The notes beneath the pieces were generated by a model, which was given only the letters and a program-made list of their open reading frames with translations, made no database searches and was not told the origin of the DNA. From an uncultured Candidatus Saccharibacteria bacterium (GTDB taxonomy: Bacteria > Patescibacteriota > Dojkabacteria > J137), in NCBI GenBank assembly GCA_965230975.1, contig OZ246402.1:992859-1056858 (forward strand): a stretch of DNA of 64,000 bases, in the 5' to 3' direction. Each line of letters opens with the position of its first letter. The first letter of the stretch is position 1. Of this stretch, positions 49,266-60,000 are shown piece by piece. Made by a program: the position numbers and the translations under genes.

Positions 49266-49817
49266 TTATATATTTGTTTTAATACATCTTACAACATCTT
49301 CAACATTCACATAAAGCACACCTCCGTATCTCGAAACTCCTTTATTTGAATAAAAACGCATAATAGCATCATTTTGGGCATCATGAATAAACAAAGGGCA
49401 GTGATCCATTTTTGATAATACAACTGGCTTATCTTGACCTGGGATTCTTACCACCATTCCCATGTGTGTAAAATAATAATAAGGATGATTCGTTTCCTCC
49501 AAAACACCGCAATCTGAAAAATATAAAGCAATTTGAGGGGCAGAATATGTATCAGGCAAGTTAAAATAGAATGGAATTTCTCCATTATCAACTGATTGGG
49601 AAACTATAGATACAAATAATTCCCAATCTATATTTAAATCTAATTTAAGAACATTATTTAAATGTGCCAAAACATACTGAGAGCAATGCATCTCAAGGCT
49701 TGCAGAACCGACAAGTATTAAGCCCAAACTTTTCAAAAAAGAGACCTGCAATTCGGTAAGAGTAGGGTAGTTATTAGATTCTAAATAGTTAAAGAGCTCC
49801 TTTAATTCTTGCTGCAT
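49266..49817 (-). CDS. Hypothetical protein, possible papain-like fold
   Basis: HCSQYV, then FTHMG, then VLSKM..LFIH spacing. Confidence 0.5.
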   Translation of the reverse strand: MQQELKELFNYLESNNYPTLTELQVSFLKSLGLILVGSASLEMHCSQYVLAHLNNVLKLDLNIDWELFVSIVSQSVDNGEIPFYFNLPDTYSAPQIALYFSDCGVLEETNHPYYYFTHMGMVVRIPGQDKPVVLSKMDHCPLFIHDAQNDAIMRFYSNKGVSRYGGVLYVNVEDVVRCIKTNI

Positions 49818-51263
49818 TTATCCCTCCTCTTGAATTGGTGCTAAAGAATAATGAAGTCTTGGCAACTTACCACCCGAACTAGATACTTTTTCTAGGTATG
49901 CCATTCTTGTTGGGCCAGCATACTCATTAACAACCGGTGGTCTATCTAATTCATTAGGCTTATCTAAATAATCTAATATTAAAAGTAGATGACTACGTAA
50001 CTCATTAAAAATAGATTCTAATTCTTTAATATTTTTATGCAAGTACTTATACTTTTCTTTAAAAGTCTCATAGTCTTGAATTTTATTTGAGTTATCTTTT
50101 AAAAATTTAAAGAGAGCTTGCAACATCTCTTCGTAATTAAATCCGTTCTCATGAAATATGTCCAATGCAGAGCTATTAAAAGTAACGCTTCTTTGTAAAC
50201 TAGTTCCAATTTGAATAAGTTCTAGCTTAAATAATTCTGTCATGTGTGCAACAAGCAAATTTAAATCTGCTCTTAATTTATTGGCCTCTTTATCTGAAAA
50301 GTTATATTTGCCAGTTTTTGGATCAATTTCTAGCCAGTTAGGCAACTTACTGTAATATAATTTGTAAGCGGTTAAAACGGTTTTCATTCCCTCAAAAGTG
50401 GGAATACTTCTTTCAAATCTATCACCATTGACCTGAGATGCCCCTTTTTGAAATGGACGCACATAACTTAAGCTGTTATCTAAAGAGTTATAGCCATCTA
50501 ATAACGCTATATCAGATAACCAACTTGAAACTAACTGCCTTTCATTTTCAGACACAACATCTTTTAATAAATAGGCATGTAAGGCAATTCTTAAAATATC
50601 TAAATCTAGAGGGTATTTAGAAATCTCTAATAAGTCTATTAAGTTAATTGTTTGCGCAGATCTTACTGCTTTTCTAATTAATAAAATGGATTCTGTTAAT
50701 CTTCCATAACTATTTGAGCCTCCTCTAAGCAAAACTTGGGATTCGGCATAATCTACTGGGATAAGTTTTGCCAAATCTGACCTTATTTGAGCTTCCCATA
50801 ATTTCGCCTGTGCAAAATCAAACTCTTTATGAGACCGAGCTACTGATTCAATTACCTTTGATAATAAGACATTAGAGACAATGTATTTAGATACAACAAA
50901 GGATAAAAATCTTATATATAGCTTTGGTCCACTGACAACTTGGCCTAAAACCAAGCGAGTTGTTATTTGCCTATAGATTAGTTTATCTAATTGGGGTAAA
51001 TCTTCAGAATGTAATGCATTTTGGTACCCATTGTCGCAACCAGGTAATACAATAGCTGCAACCAAATAATCTTCTGCTTCGGGTATTTCTACTAATTTCA
51101 AACCTGGAGTCATTAGTAACTCTTCTTTTGAAAGTGTGACTCCTGAGATTCTAACAGCACTATTGAGCCTTAAAGAAGCTTCATTTGGGAATAAAGGGTT
51201 AAACTCCAATTTATTTGCTAGTTGTAAATTTCTTGTTTGTAATTCTATGACTTCACTTGCCAT
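49818..51263 (-). CDS. Hypothetical protein
   Basis: Long ORF; likely start MASEV at 51263 rather than 51335. Confidence 0.65.
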   Translation of the reverse strand: MASEVIELQTRNLQLANKLEFNPLFPNEASLRLNSAVRISGVTLSKEELLMTPGLKLVEIPEAEDYLVAAIVLPGCDNGYQNALHSEDLPQLDKLIYRQITTRLVLGQVVSGPKLYIRFLSFVVSKYIVSNVLLSKVIESVARSHKEFDFAQAKLWEAQIRSDLAKLIPVDYAESQVLLRGGSNSYGRLTESILLIRKAVRSAQTINLIDLLEISKYPLDLDILRIALHAYLLKDVVSENERQLVSSWLSDIALLDGYNSLDNSLSYVRPFQKGASQVNGDRFERSIPTFEGMKTVLTAYKLYYSKLPNWLEIDPKTGKYNFSDKEANKLRADLNLLVAHMTELFKLELIQIGTSLQRSVTFNSSALDIFHENGFNYEEMLQALFKFLKDNSNKIQDYETFKEKYKYLHKNIKELESIFNELRSHLLLILDYLDKPNELDRPPVVNEYAGPTRMAYLEKVSSSGGKLPRLHYSLAPIQEEG

Positions 51264-51524
51264 GCAAGGATTATAGCGCACAAAAGGTATTTTTATATAA
51301 TAGTAAACGATTTTAAAAAGAATCTTATTGCTCACTTATATTTCACCGTATCAACACTAAACCTTCACCTTATTTAAGCTATCCTTTCACTAACAATTTA
51401 AGTAGGCTCCAACTTAAATTAAATTGTTAACAACTGGATTTATATTAAAGTTCTTGTTTAAAAGCAAAAAAATGCACAAGAACCAAAATTAAATTTGGTG
51501 AAATTTATTTTTTACAAAACAATT

Positions 51525-52076
51525 ATGAAGACAAAACACTTGGTAGCAGCTGGAGTAGCAAGCATAGCGCTAGGAGGCGTAGCAATTTTACCTTTTGCAG
51601 TAGTATCTGCAGACGAAGTTTCTAGCACAACAGCAACAACTTTTGTTCAAAAGTTAGCAGAAAAGCTAGGGATAAATGTAGAAACTGTACAGACAGCAGT
51701 AGAATCTACTCGTACAGAAATTCGAGATGCTAGAGAAGCTGAAAGAGAAACCGCAATTGCTGATGCAGTAACTGCGGGTACTTTAACTCAAAGGCAAGCT
51801 GATATATTGAATGCAATTGACGAGGCCATGCAAACAATACGCGGCAGCATGACCCAAGAACAAAGAGAAGCAGAACGTGAAGCAAACCAAGGCCTAACTA
51901 TGGAAGAGAGAAAAAATAAGATGGAAACTGAACTTGTAACTGCACTTAACAATGCTGGTTTAAATACAACAGCAGATGAGTTAACAGCAACAAGAGATGC
52001 CGCTAGAGATGCTGACATTATGCCAGCGGGCAAAGGAGGCAGAGGTGGATTTGGAGGACCAGGAATGGGACTTTAA
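51525..52076 (+). CDS. Secreted helical protein with Gly-rich C-terminus
   Basis: Signal peptide from MKTKH; KLAEKLGI, AVTAGTLTQRQAD, GGRGGFGGPGMG. Confidence 0.75.
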   Translation: MKTKHLVAAGVASIALGGVAILPFAVVSADEVSSTTATTFVQKLAEKLGINVETVQTAVESTRTEIRDAREAERETAIADAVTAGTLTQRQADILNAIDEAMQTIRGSMTQEQREAEREANQGLTMEERKNKMETELVTALNNAGLNTTADELTATRDAARDADIMPAGKGGRGGFGGPGMGL

Positions 52077-52084
52077 ATTTACTA

Positions 52085-52113
52085 TCCCTACAGTCCTAAC
52101 TGGGCTGTAGGGA
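52085..52113 (+). terminator. Hairpin after the secreted-protein gene
   Basis: tccctacagtcc-taact-gggctgtaggga. Confidence 0.6.
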
Positions 52114-52361
52114 AACCTTCTATACTTCAATTAAAATTCATAATGTGAATTTTGGTTGCAGTATAAATCCCCACAAAACTTCAAAAACACTTCAAGAGAG
52201 GCAGGCAAAGCCCTCACTTAATCGTTAATTTAATCTTAAGTTAGTAATAATTTTAAAAACCAAATTAAAACTTGAAAATTAACCAGGAAAAGGGACATCG
52301 ACCCACTTTTTATTGACTTTAAAATCTGCAGTGCTAACATCATTACATTTAAATTACTAAT

Positions 52362-52739
52362 ATGACAGCAAACATTAACGGCTCTTTTTCAGATTTAGCA
52401 ACAGGCATTTATGGTTATTTAGGATTTAATTCAGAATTACCTCCTCTTGAAGAATTAATTAGCACTTTTCCGCAATCCCAATCTTTTGAAGATAGAACAA
52501 ATTTTCAAAATATACTATTTCCAGTTTTATGGAAATATTTATATGCCAAAGAAAAAGCTGTGCACAGACAAGAGAATGATGCTTCTATTACTCAAAACTT
52601 AAAGTCAAATTTAAGAAATCTATTAAGAAGTGACTATATGCGTTTAAGAAGTTTTTTAATTGCTAATGGAATAGAGCAAATCCCTGTGCAAGACTTTACA
52701 GCTTTTTGTACATGGATAGAAATGACAGAAGAAAACTAG
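52362..52739 (+). CDS. Hypothetical protein
   Basis: 125-aa ORF; TTGACT..TGcTAACAT promoter-like element at 52313-52340. Confidence 0.6.
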   Translation: MTANINGSFSDLATGIYGYLGFNSELPPLEELISTFPQSQSFEDRTNFQNILFPVLWKYLYAKEKAVHRQENDASITQNLKSNLRNLLRSDYMRLRSFLIANGIEQIPVQDFTAFCTWIEMTEEN

Positions 52740-52766
52740 CAGTGTGAAATTTAGTCAAATTAAGAA

Positions 52767-52840
52767 TGAGCGCTGAGGGATTCGAACCCCCGACCCTTTC
52801 GGTGTAAACGAAATGCTCTAGCCAGCTGAGCTAAGCGCTC
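52767..52840 (-). tRNA. tRNA-Val(TAC), CCA not encoded
   Basis: GAGCGCT acceptor stem, D arm, TTTCG-TTTACAC-CGAAA anticodon arm, GGGGG-TTCGAAT-CCCTC T arm. Confidence 0.97.
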
Positions 52841-53035
52841 CCTTAAATATAACTTAATTTTATCATATAAATTTTGCATAAGCCATAGTTAACAACTAAT
52901 TATTTTTATTATTATTTGTTATGCAGTAATGATTTTTAAAATAATTAAGATTGACACTTACAACCGAATCATCTAAATTAGAGTATGCATTTTCGTATCG
53001 AAAATTTTTAGTATATCTATATCCAAACTTGCAAC

Positions 53036-54010
53036 ATGGCAAAAACATTAAGTCATAACAAACCAGGGTTCTTTAAAAAGTTAAAGAACCCATTAATAAT
53101 TATAATAATCCTATTATTAGCAACAAATTTACTAACTTTTTTATACTATAAACCTCTAGTAGAAAATCCATTTGAAAATTATAAAAACCCTTACCCATAC
53201 ATAGATTTATCTAGAAGTTTTATAGATCAAGAAAACTTTATTGTTAACTTACAACCTTTAAGGGAATCTTTAGCATCAATTTATAAAGAACATGGAGAAG
53301 ATAAAATTGCACTATATGTTGAATTTCTAAATAGTGGTGCAAATATCTCTTACAATCAAGATGCAAGATATTACCCGGCCAGTTTAATTAAAATGCCTGT
53401 TGCAATCGCAGCGGTAAAAAGAATACAAGATGGATACTGGAATTGGGATAGTAAACTTGTAATTTTTGATGAAGATGTAGATACAAAATTTGGGACAATT
53501 GGCAATTTACCAATTGGAACAAGGTTAACAATTGAAGAGCTTTTAAAAGAGCTATTAACAAAATCAGATAATACTGCATATAAAATGCTATTACGGAATC
53601 TTGGCGCAGGGCCGGTAAATGATTTTCTAACAGAAACTGGTCTAGTAGAATTTTTCGACCAAGATTTAAACATTACTGCAAAAGAATATACAAGGCTTTT
53701 TAGATCTTTATACACTTCAAGCTACTTAAAAAGAGAGTACTCACAAAAGATTCTTAATTTATTAAGCTTAAGTGAAAGAAACTATTTAGGGCAAGCAATA
53801 CCAGCAGATATTATTTATTCGCACAAATTTGGTGAAAATGTTACTGAAAAAATATTTGCCGACTCGGGCATAGTCTACATTCCAGAAAGGCCTTACATTA
53901 TTACTGTATTGTACAAAGGCGGCAGTGAAGATGACAAAATGACCACAGATGCCTTTTTTTATAAAATAAGTAATACTGTTTATAAATTCTTTAACGAATA
54001 CAATAAGTGA
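53036..54010 (+). CDS. Membrane-anchored class A beta-lactamase-like serine hydrolase
   Basis: ASLIK (SxxK), SDN, HKFG; N-terminal TM. Confidence 0.85.
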   Translation: MAKTLSHNKPGFFKKLKNPLIIIIILLLATNLLTFLYYKPLVENPFENYKNPYPYIDLSRSFIDQENFIVNLQPLRESLASIYKEHGEDKIALYVEFLNSGANISYNQDARYYPASLIKMPVAIAAVKRIQDGYWNWDSKLVIFDEDVDTKFGTIGNLPIGTRLTIEELLKELLTKSDNTAYKMLLRNLGAGPVNDFLTETGLVEFFDQDLNITAKEYTRLFRSLYTSSYLKREYSQKILNLLSLSERNYLGQAIPADIIYSHKFGENVTEKIFADSGIVYIPERPYIITVLYKGGSEDDKMTTDAFFYKISNTVYKFFNEYNK

Positions 54011-57000
54011 TTATAAAACGAAAAATTTTAAAAAAAATCATTACTATTGTTATTGTAACAATCCTTAGTCTAATGGCTATCTTTCCGGCAGATATATTAT
54101 TGCAACAAGTTAAACTAGCATTAATAGATAGTGATATTGTTGATACACTATATTGGGCAAATAAAGATACTGGGATAATTGACTCTTTGCTAGATGGCGA
54201 TTTAGTACAAAAGGTAAATGCAGCGGACCCACCTCCAAATGGGTTTTATATAAAAACAGGTGTTTTTTTAGGAAATGCGGCTCCAAAGACAATAAGTGGG
54301 CTTGGTTTCTCTCCAGATTTAGTTATTTTAAAGCCAGATACTACTGCAGGAGCGGGGGCCATATTTAAAACAAAAGCGATGTCTATTCTCAATGTGTCTT
54401 ACTTTGTTGCTACAGCCCAAACAAGTGCTGGAGCAATACAACTTGAAGAAGATGGTTTTACAGCTAGCACGACTACTAGCAACAACGCAAACATACCCAC
54501 TACCTGGACAGCATTTGGAGGTTCTAACTGCACATCAACAGGAGTTTTTTGTACAGGCACTTATATTGGTAGTGGGACTGCAACAAAATCAATTTCAACG
54601 GGGTTCCAACCAGATTTAGTATGGGTAAAAAGATCTACTGCGGTATCGGGTACATTTAGAACATCCTCAATGGGTACAAATGTGGGGCAGTACTTTACCG
54701 CAACCGCTCAAGATACAACAGGGGTTTTATTTACTACTCTTGATTCTGGAGGGTTTACTGTAGGCTCAACAAATAATACATCAACCGGAATTTTTTATTA
54801 TGTTGCTTTCAAAAATGTATCTGGGGCAATAAATGTAGGTAGCTATACTGGAAATGCTACCGATAATAGAAATATAACTGGGGTTGGGTTCACGCCAGAC
54901 CTTGTAATAACTAAAAACTCGGCTACAACAGTTGCACCTGTATTTAATGTAAAAGGTTCAAATGGTGATCACACAAGTCATTTTACCGATACTGCTAAAT
55001 TTGTTAATGGCATTCAAGCACTCCAAAGTGATGGATTTCAAATTGGGACAGATGCCACAGTAAATTCTAACTCAGTCGTATATTACTATGCAGCTTTTGG
55101 AGGGGCTGCTGGGCCATCCTCGGGTAGCGGAACTTTTAAAATGGCAACCGGTTCCTATACCGGAAACGGAGGCGTGCAAGTAATTCAAGGATTAGATTTT
55201 GAGCCAAACCTAGTTATTATTAAGGCCAATTCGGCTCAAACAGGAGTGTTTAGAACATCTGACATGAGTGGTGACCTTACAGCCGTACTAGATGGTGCCG
55301 CCTCGAATATTGCCAATGGTATAATCTCTTTAAATCCAGATGGGTTTACAGTAGGTTCAACTTCCAGAACAAATGCTGCCTCAACAACTTATTACTGGGA
55401 AGCTTTTGGCAATGCCTGGAGGCAAGACACAAATAGTGGAGCTTCTGATTTTTTTATTGGAACATATTATGGTAATGGGCTAGATAATAGAACAATAACA
55501 TTCTTACCGTTTCAAGCAGACCTTCTTGTAATAAAAGGCAACACAACTACAGCAGGTGTATTTAGAACCTCCGATATGAGCGGCGATTTAACCGGCTTCT
55601 TTGCTGCAACTGCAGAAACCACTAACAATATACAAGCAATTAGTTCTAACTCTTTTGAAGTTGGAAGTGGAACAAGTGTAAATTCCAATAATGTCATAAC
55701 TTATTACTTTGGCTTTAAAAATGGGTCAAATTTCAAAGTAGGAACCTATAGTGGTAATGGGACTAGCCAAACAATTTCTGCTGTTGGATTTCAGCCTGAT
55801 TACATATGGGTAAAACAAACTGGAGCAACAAGAGGAATAATGAGAAGTAACTTGGGAGCAACTGACTCAGCTTTTCCTTTCATAAACGCTACTAGTTTTA
55901 CCGGGGGAATCACGGGGATTGTAAGCAATGGATTCACCGTAGGTTCAGCAACAGAAACAAATGCTTCTGGAACAAATAATTATAGGTATATTGCATGGAA
56001 AAATAATTACACTCCACAGTCCAAATCTTATCAAATGAAAACCGGCTATTACATAGGTAACGGAGCTTATAAGCAAATTTCAGGTCTAGGATTCTCACCT
56101 GATCTAGTTATAATAAAATCTGACTCATCTACTACAGGGGCTCTTTTTAAAACAAAATCAATGCCTAACGGATCGACCTCTTATTTTATGGCAACAGCCG
56201 ACTCAACAGCAGGATTAGTAACACTTAAATCAGATGGCTTTATGGTATCTTCGACGGCTACAAGTACTAATATAAGATACACATGGGTAGCTTATAGTGG
56301 TTCAGATTGTACTTCTACAGGCATTTTTTGCACAAATACCTATATTGGGAGTGGTTCTTCGCCAAGAGCTATAACAGTAGTCGGGTTTCAATCTGATTTA
56401 ATAGTCGTTAAGCAAAATAGTACAACTAATGCTGTTTGGAGGTCTTCTAGCATGCCAAACAATTATGTCCAATACCTTTCTGCTACGGTTCAAGATACTA
56501 CAGGTAGCTATATTTCAACTATAGATTCCACGGGATTTACGATTGGTTCAGGAATGAATTCAACCTCTGTTTACTACCACTTTTTCACATTCAAAAATGT
56601 AACCGGCAGTATAAATGTGGGGACATATACTGGAAATGGCACAGACAATCGAAACATCACAGGTGTAGGATTTAAACCAAACTTTGTATTTCTAAAAAAT
56701 GCAGAAACTACGTCAGAAGGCGTGATGAACCTAGATGAATCTTATGGAGACTATTCTAGCTATTTCATCGCAACTGCAAATGTTGCAAACTCAATACAAG
56801 CTTTAATTTCTGATGGATTTCAAATAGGTACCCATGCAACAGCAAATACAAATCTAAACGTTCATTATTATGCCGCTTTTGGAGATGCAGAGGCAAATTC
56901 TGCAGGTACTGGATCATTTACAATGGCTACTGGTAGTTACACCGGAAATAGTGAGTATAAAATATTTATGGGATTAAGCTTTACACCCGATTTAATAATT

Positions 57001-60000
57001 ATTAAAGGAAATACAACTCAGACTGGGGTTTTTAGAACAAGTAGTATGGGAGGAGATTCAACAGCGATCCTAGATGGAGCAACTGCAAATATTGCTAGTG
57101 CAATCATATCTATTAACAAAGACGGGTTTACGGTTGGAAATAGTGCTACGGTTAATTCTAACGGAGTAACCTATTACTGGACAGCTTATGGGAACGCCTG
57201 GAGACCCGAAACTAACAATGGAGCCACAGATTTTTATGTGGGAGCATATTATGCTAATGGTTCTGATAATACAGATATTACAAGGTTACCATTTCAGGCA
57301 GATTTACTTACTATTAAAAGAAATAGTACTACTGCGGGAGTATATAAGACCTCGGATATGTCTGGTGACTTAACTGGGTACTTTGCAGCTACCGCAGAAA
57401 CTACAAATAGCATACAAGCATTTAATACCGATGGATTTGAGATAGGAACAACCGCCAATGTAAATACAGCAACTAACACTTATTGGTACTTTGGATTTAA
57501 AAACGGAAACAATTTCAAAGTAGGCACATATAGTGGTACCGGCAGCGCACAAACTATATCTGCAATTGGATTCCAACCAGACCATGTTTGGGTAAAAGCA
57601 ACTGGAGCAACCAGAGGTATATTAAGAACAAAAGAGGGAGTCACTGACTCAGCATTACCATTTATTAATGTTGGTGCAATAACTGGGGGTATTACAGCAT
57701 TAGCAAGCAATGGAATAACTCTTGGAACCGCATCTGAAACAAACTCTTCAGGTACTAATAACTATAGGTACGTAGCATGGAAAACTCCTTCTGTTACTTT
57801 TTCAAGTAGTGGAACACAATCTACAAATCTAAACGTCAATTCAACCAACAACTATATTGGGGCTGCGTTTACAGCTGTTTCTACTTCAAGCTCAATAAAC
57901 ATAACCAGAATAATTTTATCAGAAACAGGAACTATCGCAGCAAATACAAACCTTGCAAATGTCAAGCTTTACTACGAAACAACTGGAACTTGCACGTATA
58001 ATGGTACAGAAACACAGTTTGGAACGACTCAAAGTTTTGGAGCATCTCAAACTGCCACATTTGATGGCACAATAACGGTTGGCACATCACAAATATGTAT
58101 ATATCCCGTGCTAGATGTAGGTAGTGGTGCATCTGCTGGAGAAACAATTGAACTTGAAATTACATCTTCATCAAATATAAATATATCTACAGGAATAATA
58201 AGCGGTACTTTCCCTGTTACACTAAGTGGAACCACCACATTGATTGCTACGTCTAATACTGCACCCAACAGCCCTGCAAGCTTGGCACAAAAGAAAGTAG
58301 ACGACTCGACAATATCTACAGGTGCTTGGATTAATCAAACATCGGTTAAATTTACTGCAAACGTTAGTGATACAGATAATCCAGATACACTTTACCTATG
58401 TGTAGAGGTATTACCAATAAGTAGCCCTTTTACGGGCACAGAAACAGCATGTGGTAGTAGCGTGTCTTATGTTGGAAGTGCATTAGCTGCAAGTGTAACA
58501 ATTGGAAGTCTTACAGATAATGAATATAAATGGCAGGCTAGAGTAAAAGATAGTTTAGGAGCATACTCCGCATGGGTGCATTTTTCAAGTCTTCCTTCAA
58601 GCTTGATTGGATACTGGAAAATGGACGAAACGAGCTGGACAACTGACTGTTCAACAGCATCTGTAATAGACTCAACTTCAAATGCAAATAACGGAAAGTC
58701 ATGTCCTGGTACAACGGGACCAACGACAACTGCTTCGGGTAAATATGATAGAGCGGGAGATTTTGATGGGAGTGAGGATTATGTTGATACGGGCAGTGGT
58801 GTTAACATTACTAACTTATCATTCACTATAAGTGGTTGGGTCAAAAGAGATGTTACTAATGTTTATGAAATGGTTGTTTCTCAAGGTACTTCAAGTACCA
58901 ATCAAGGTTTACATTTCGGATTTGTTCCAGGAAACGTAGTAAGATGTGGTTTTTTTGGAAATGATTTGGACTCAACTACTTTAATTACAGATACAACTGG
59001 CTGGCATCATATTGCTTGTGCTTATAATGCTTCAACTAATACTAGGTATATATATATTGATGGAGTTTTAGATATTACACAAAGTGGAGTTTCTGCAGAT
59101 TATTCTGGAACAGGTAATCTAATTATTGGGTCTTGGGGGTGGAATATTGGTACAAGTGAGAAATTTAATGGAAAAATAGATGAAGTCAAGATCTATAATG
59201 TAGCAAGAGATCTTTCAGGAATTATAGCGGATATGAACGGCTATTCAGGAACTGACTTCGGAATAGATACCACCGCGCCTACAGGAGGAACAGTTTACGA
59301 CGGCAGTTCAAATGGTGTAGATATTATGTTTAATGATGGGTCATTATCAACTCTATCTGCAAACTGGAGTGGGGTAAATGCAAGCAATGCAGGACTCTCA
59401 AGCTATGATTATTCAATTGGAACTAGTGCCGGTGGAACAGATGTAGTGAACTGGACCTCTAATGGTACTAGTACTAGCATAACCGTAAATAGTTTAAACC
59501 TACAAAGCTCTAAAATGTACTTTTTCAATGTACGAACAAACGACGCGGCTGGAAACTCTGCAACAATAAGTTCTAATGGACAAGTAGTAGCACCATCACT
59601 TACATTTACACTATCTTCAAACTCAATAAACTTTAGTAATTTAAATGCAGGCAATAGCTATTCAGATACTAAAACTACAACATTAACAACATCTACGAAT
59701 GCTTACAATGGCTATGTTATTCGATTATTTAAAACGGATTCCTTAAGATCTGCTACAAGTCCTTCTATAACTATTCCTGACTTTAATGGAGGCACTTATG
59801 CGGCACCAAGCGCATGGGGATCAAATACAGGATTTGGATACACGTCTAACGACACAACAATTCAAGGAGTTAACAAATTTAACCCAGTAACATGTGCAGG
59901 AGGAGGGTCATCTCCATGTTATGCACCAATATCCAGCAGCGCACCTGGTGATATTGTGGCAGATCACACATCTAATGTTACAGGTAGCCCTATTACAAAT

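Noticed and set aside
43500-52840. Integrated island at the 3' end of tRNA-Val
   Set aside because: No integrase and no duplicated tRNA 3' end seen; core genes such as nth are interspersed.
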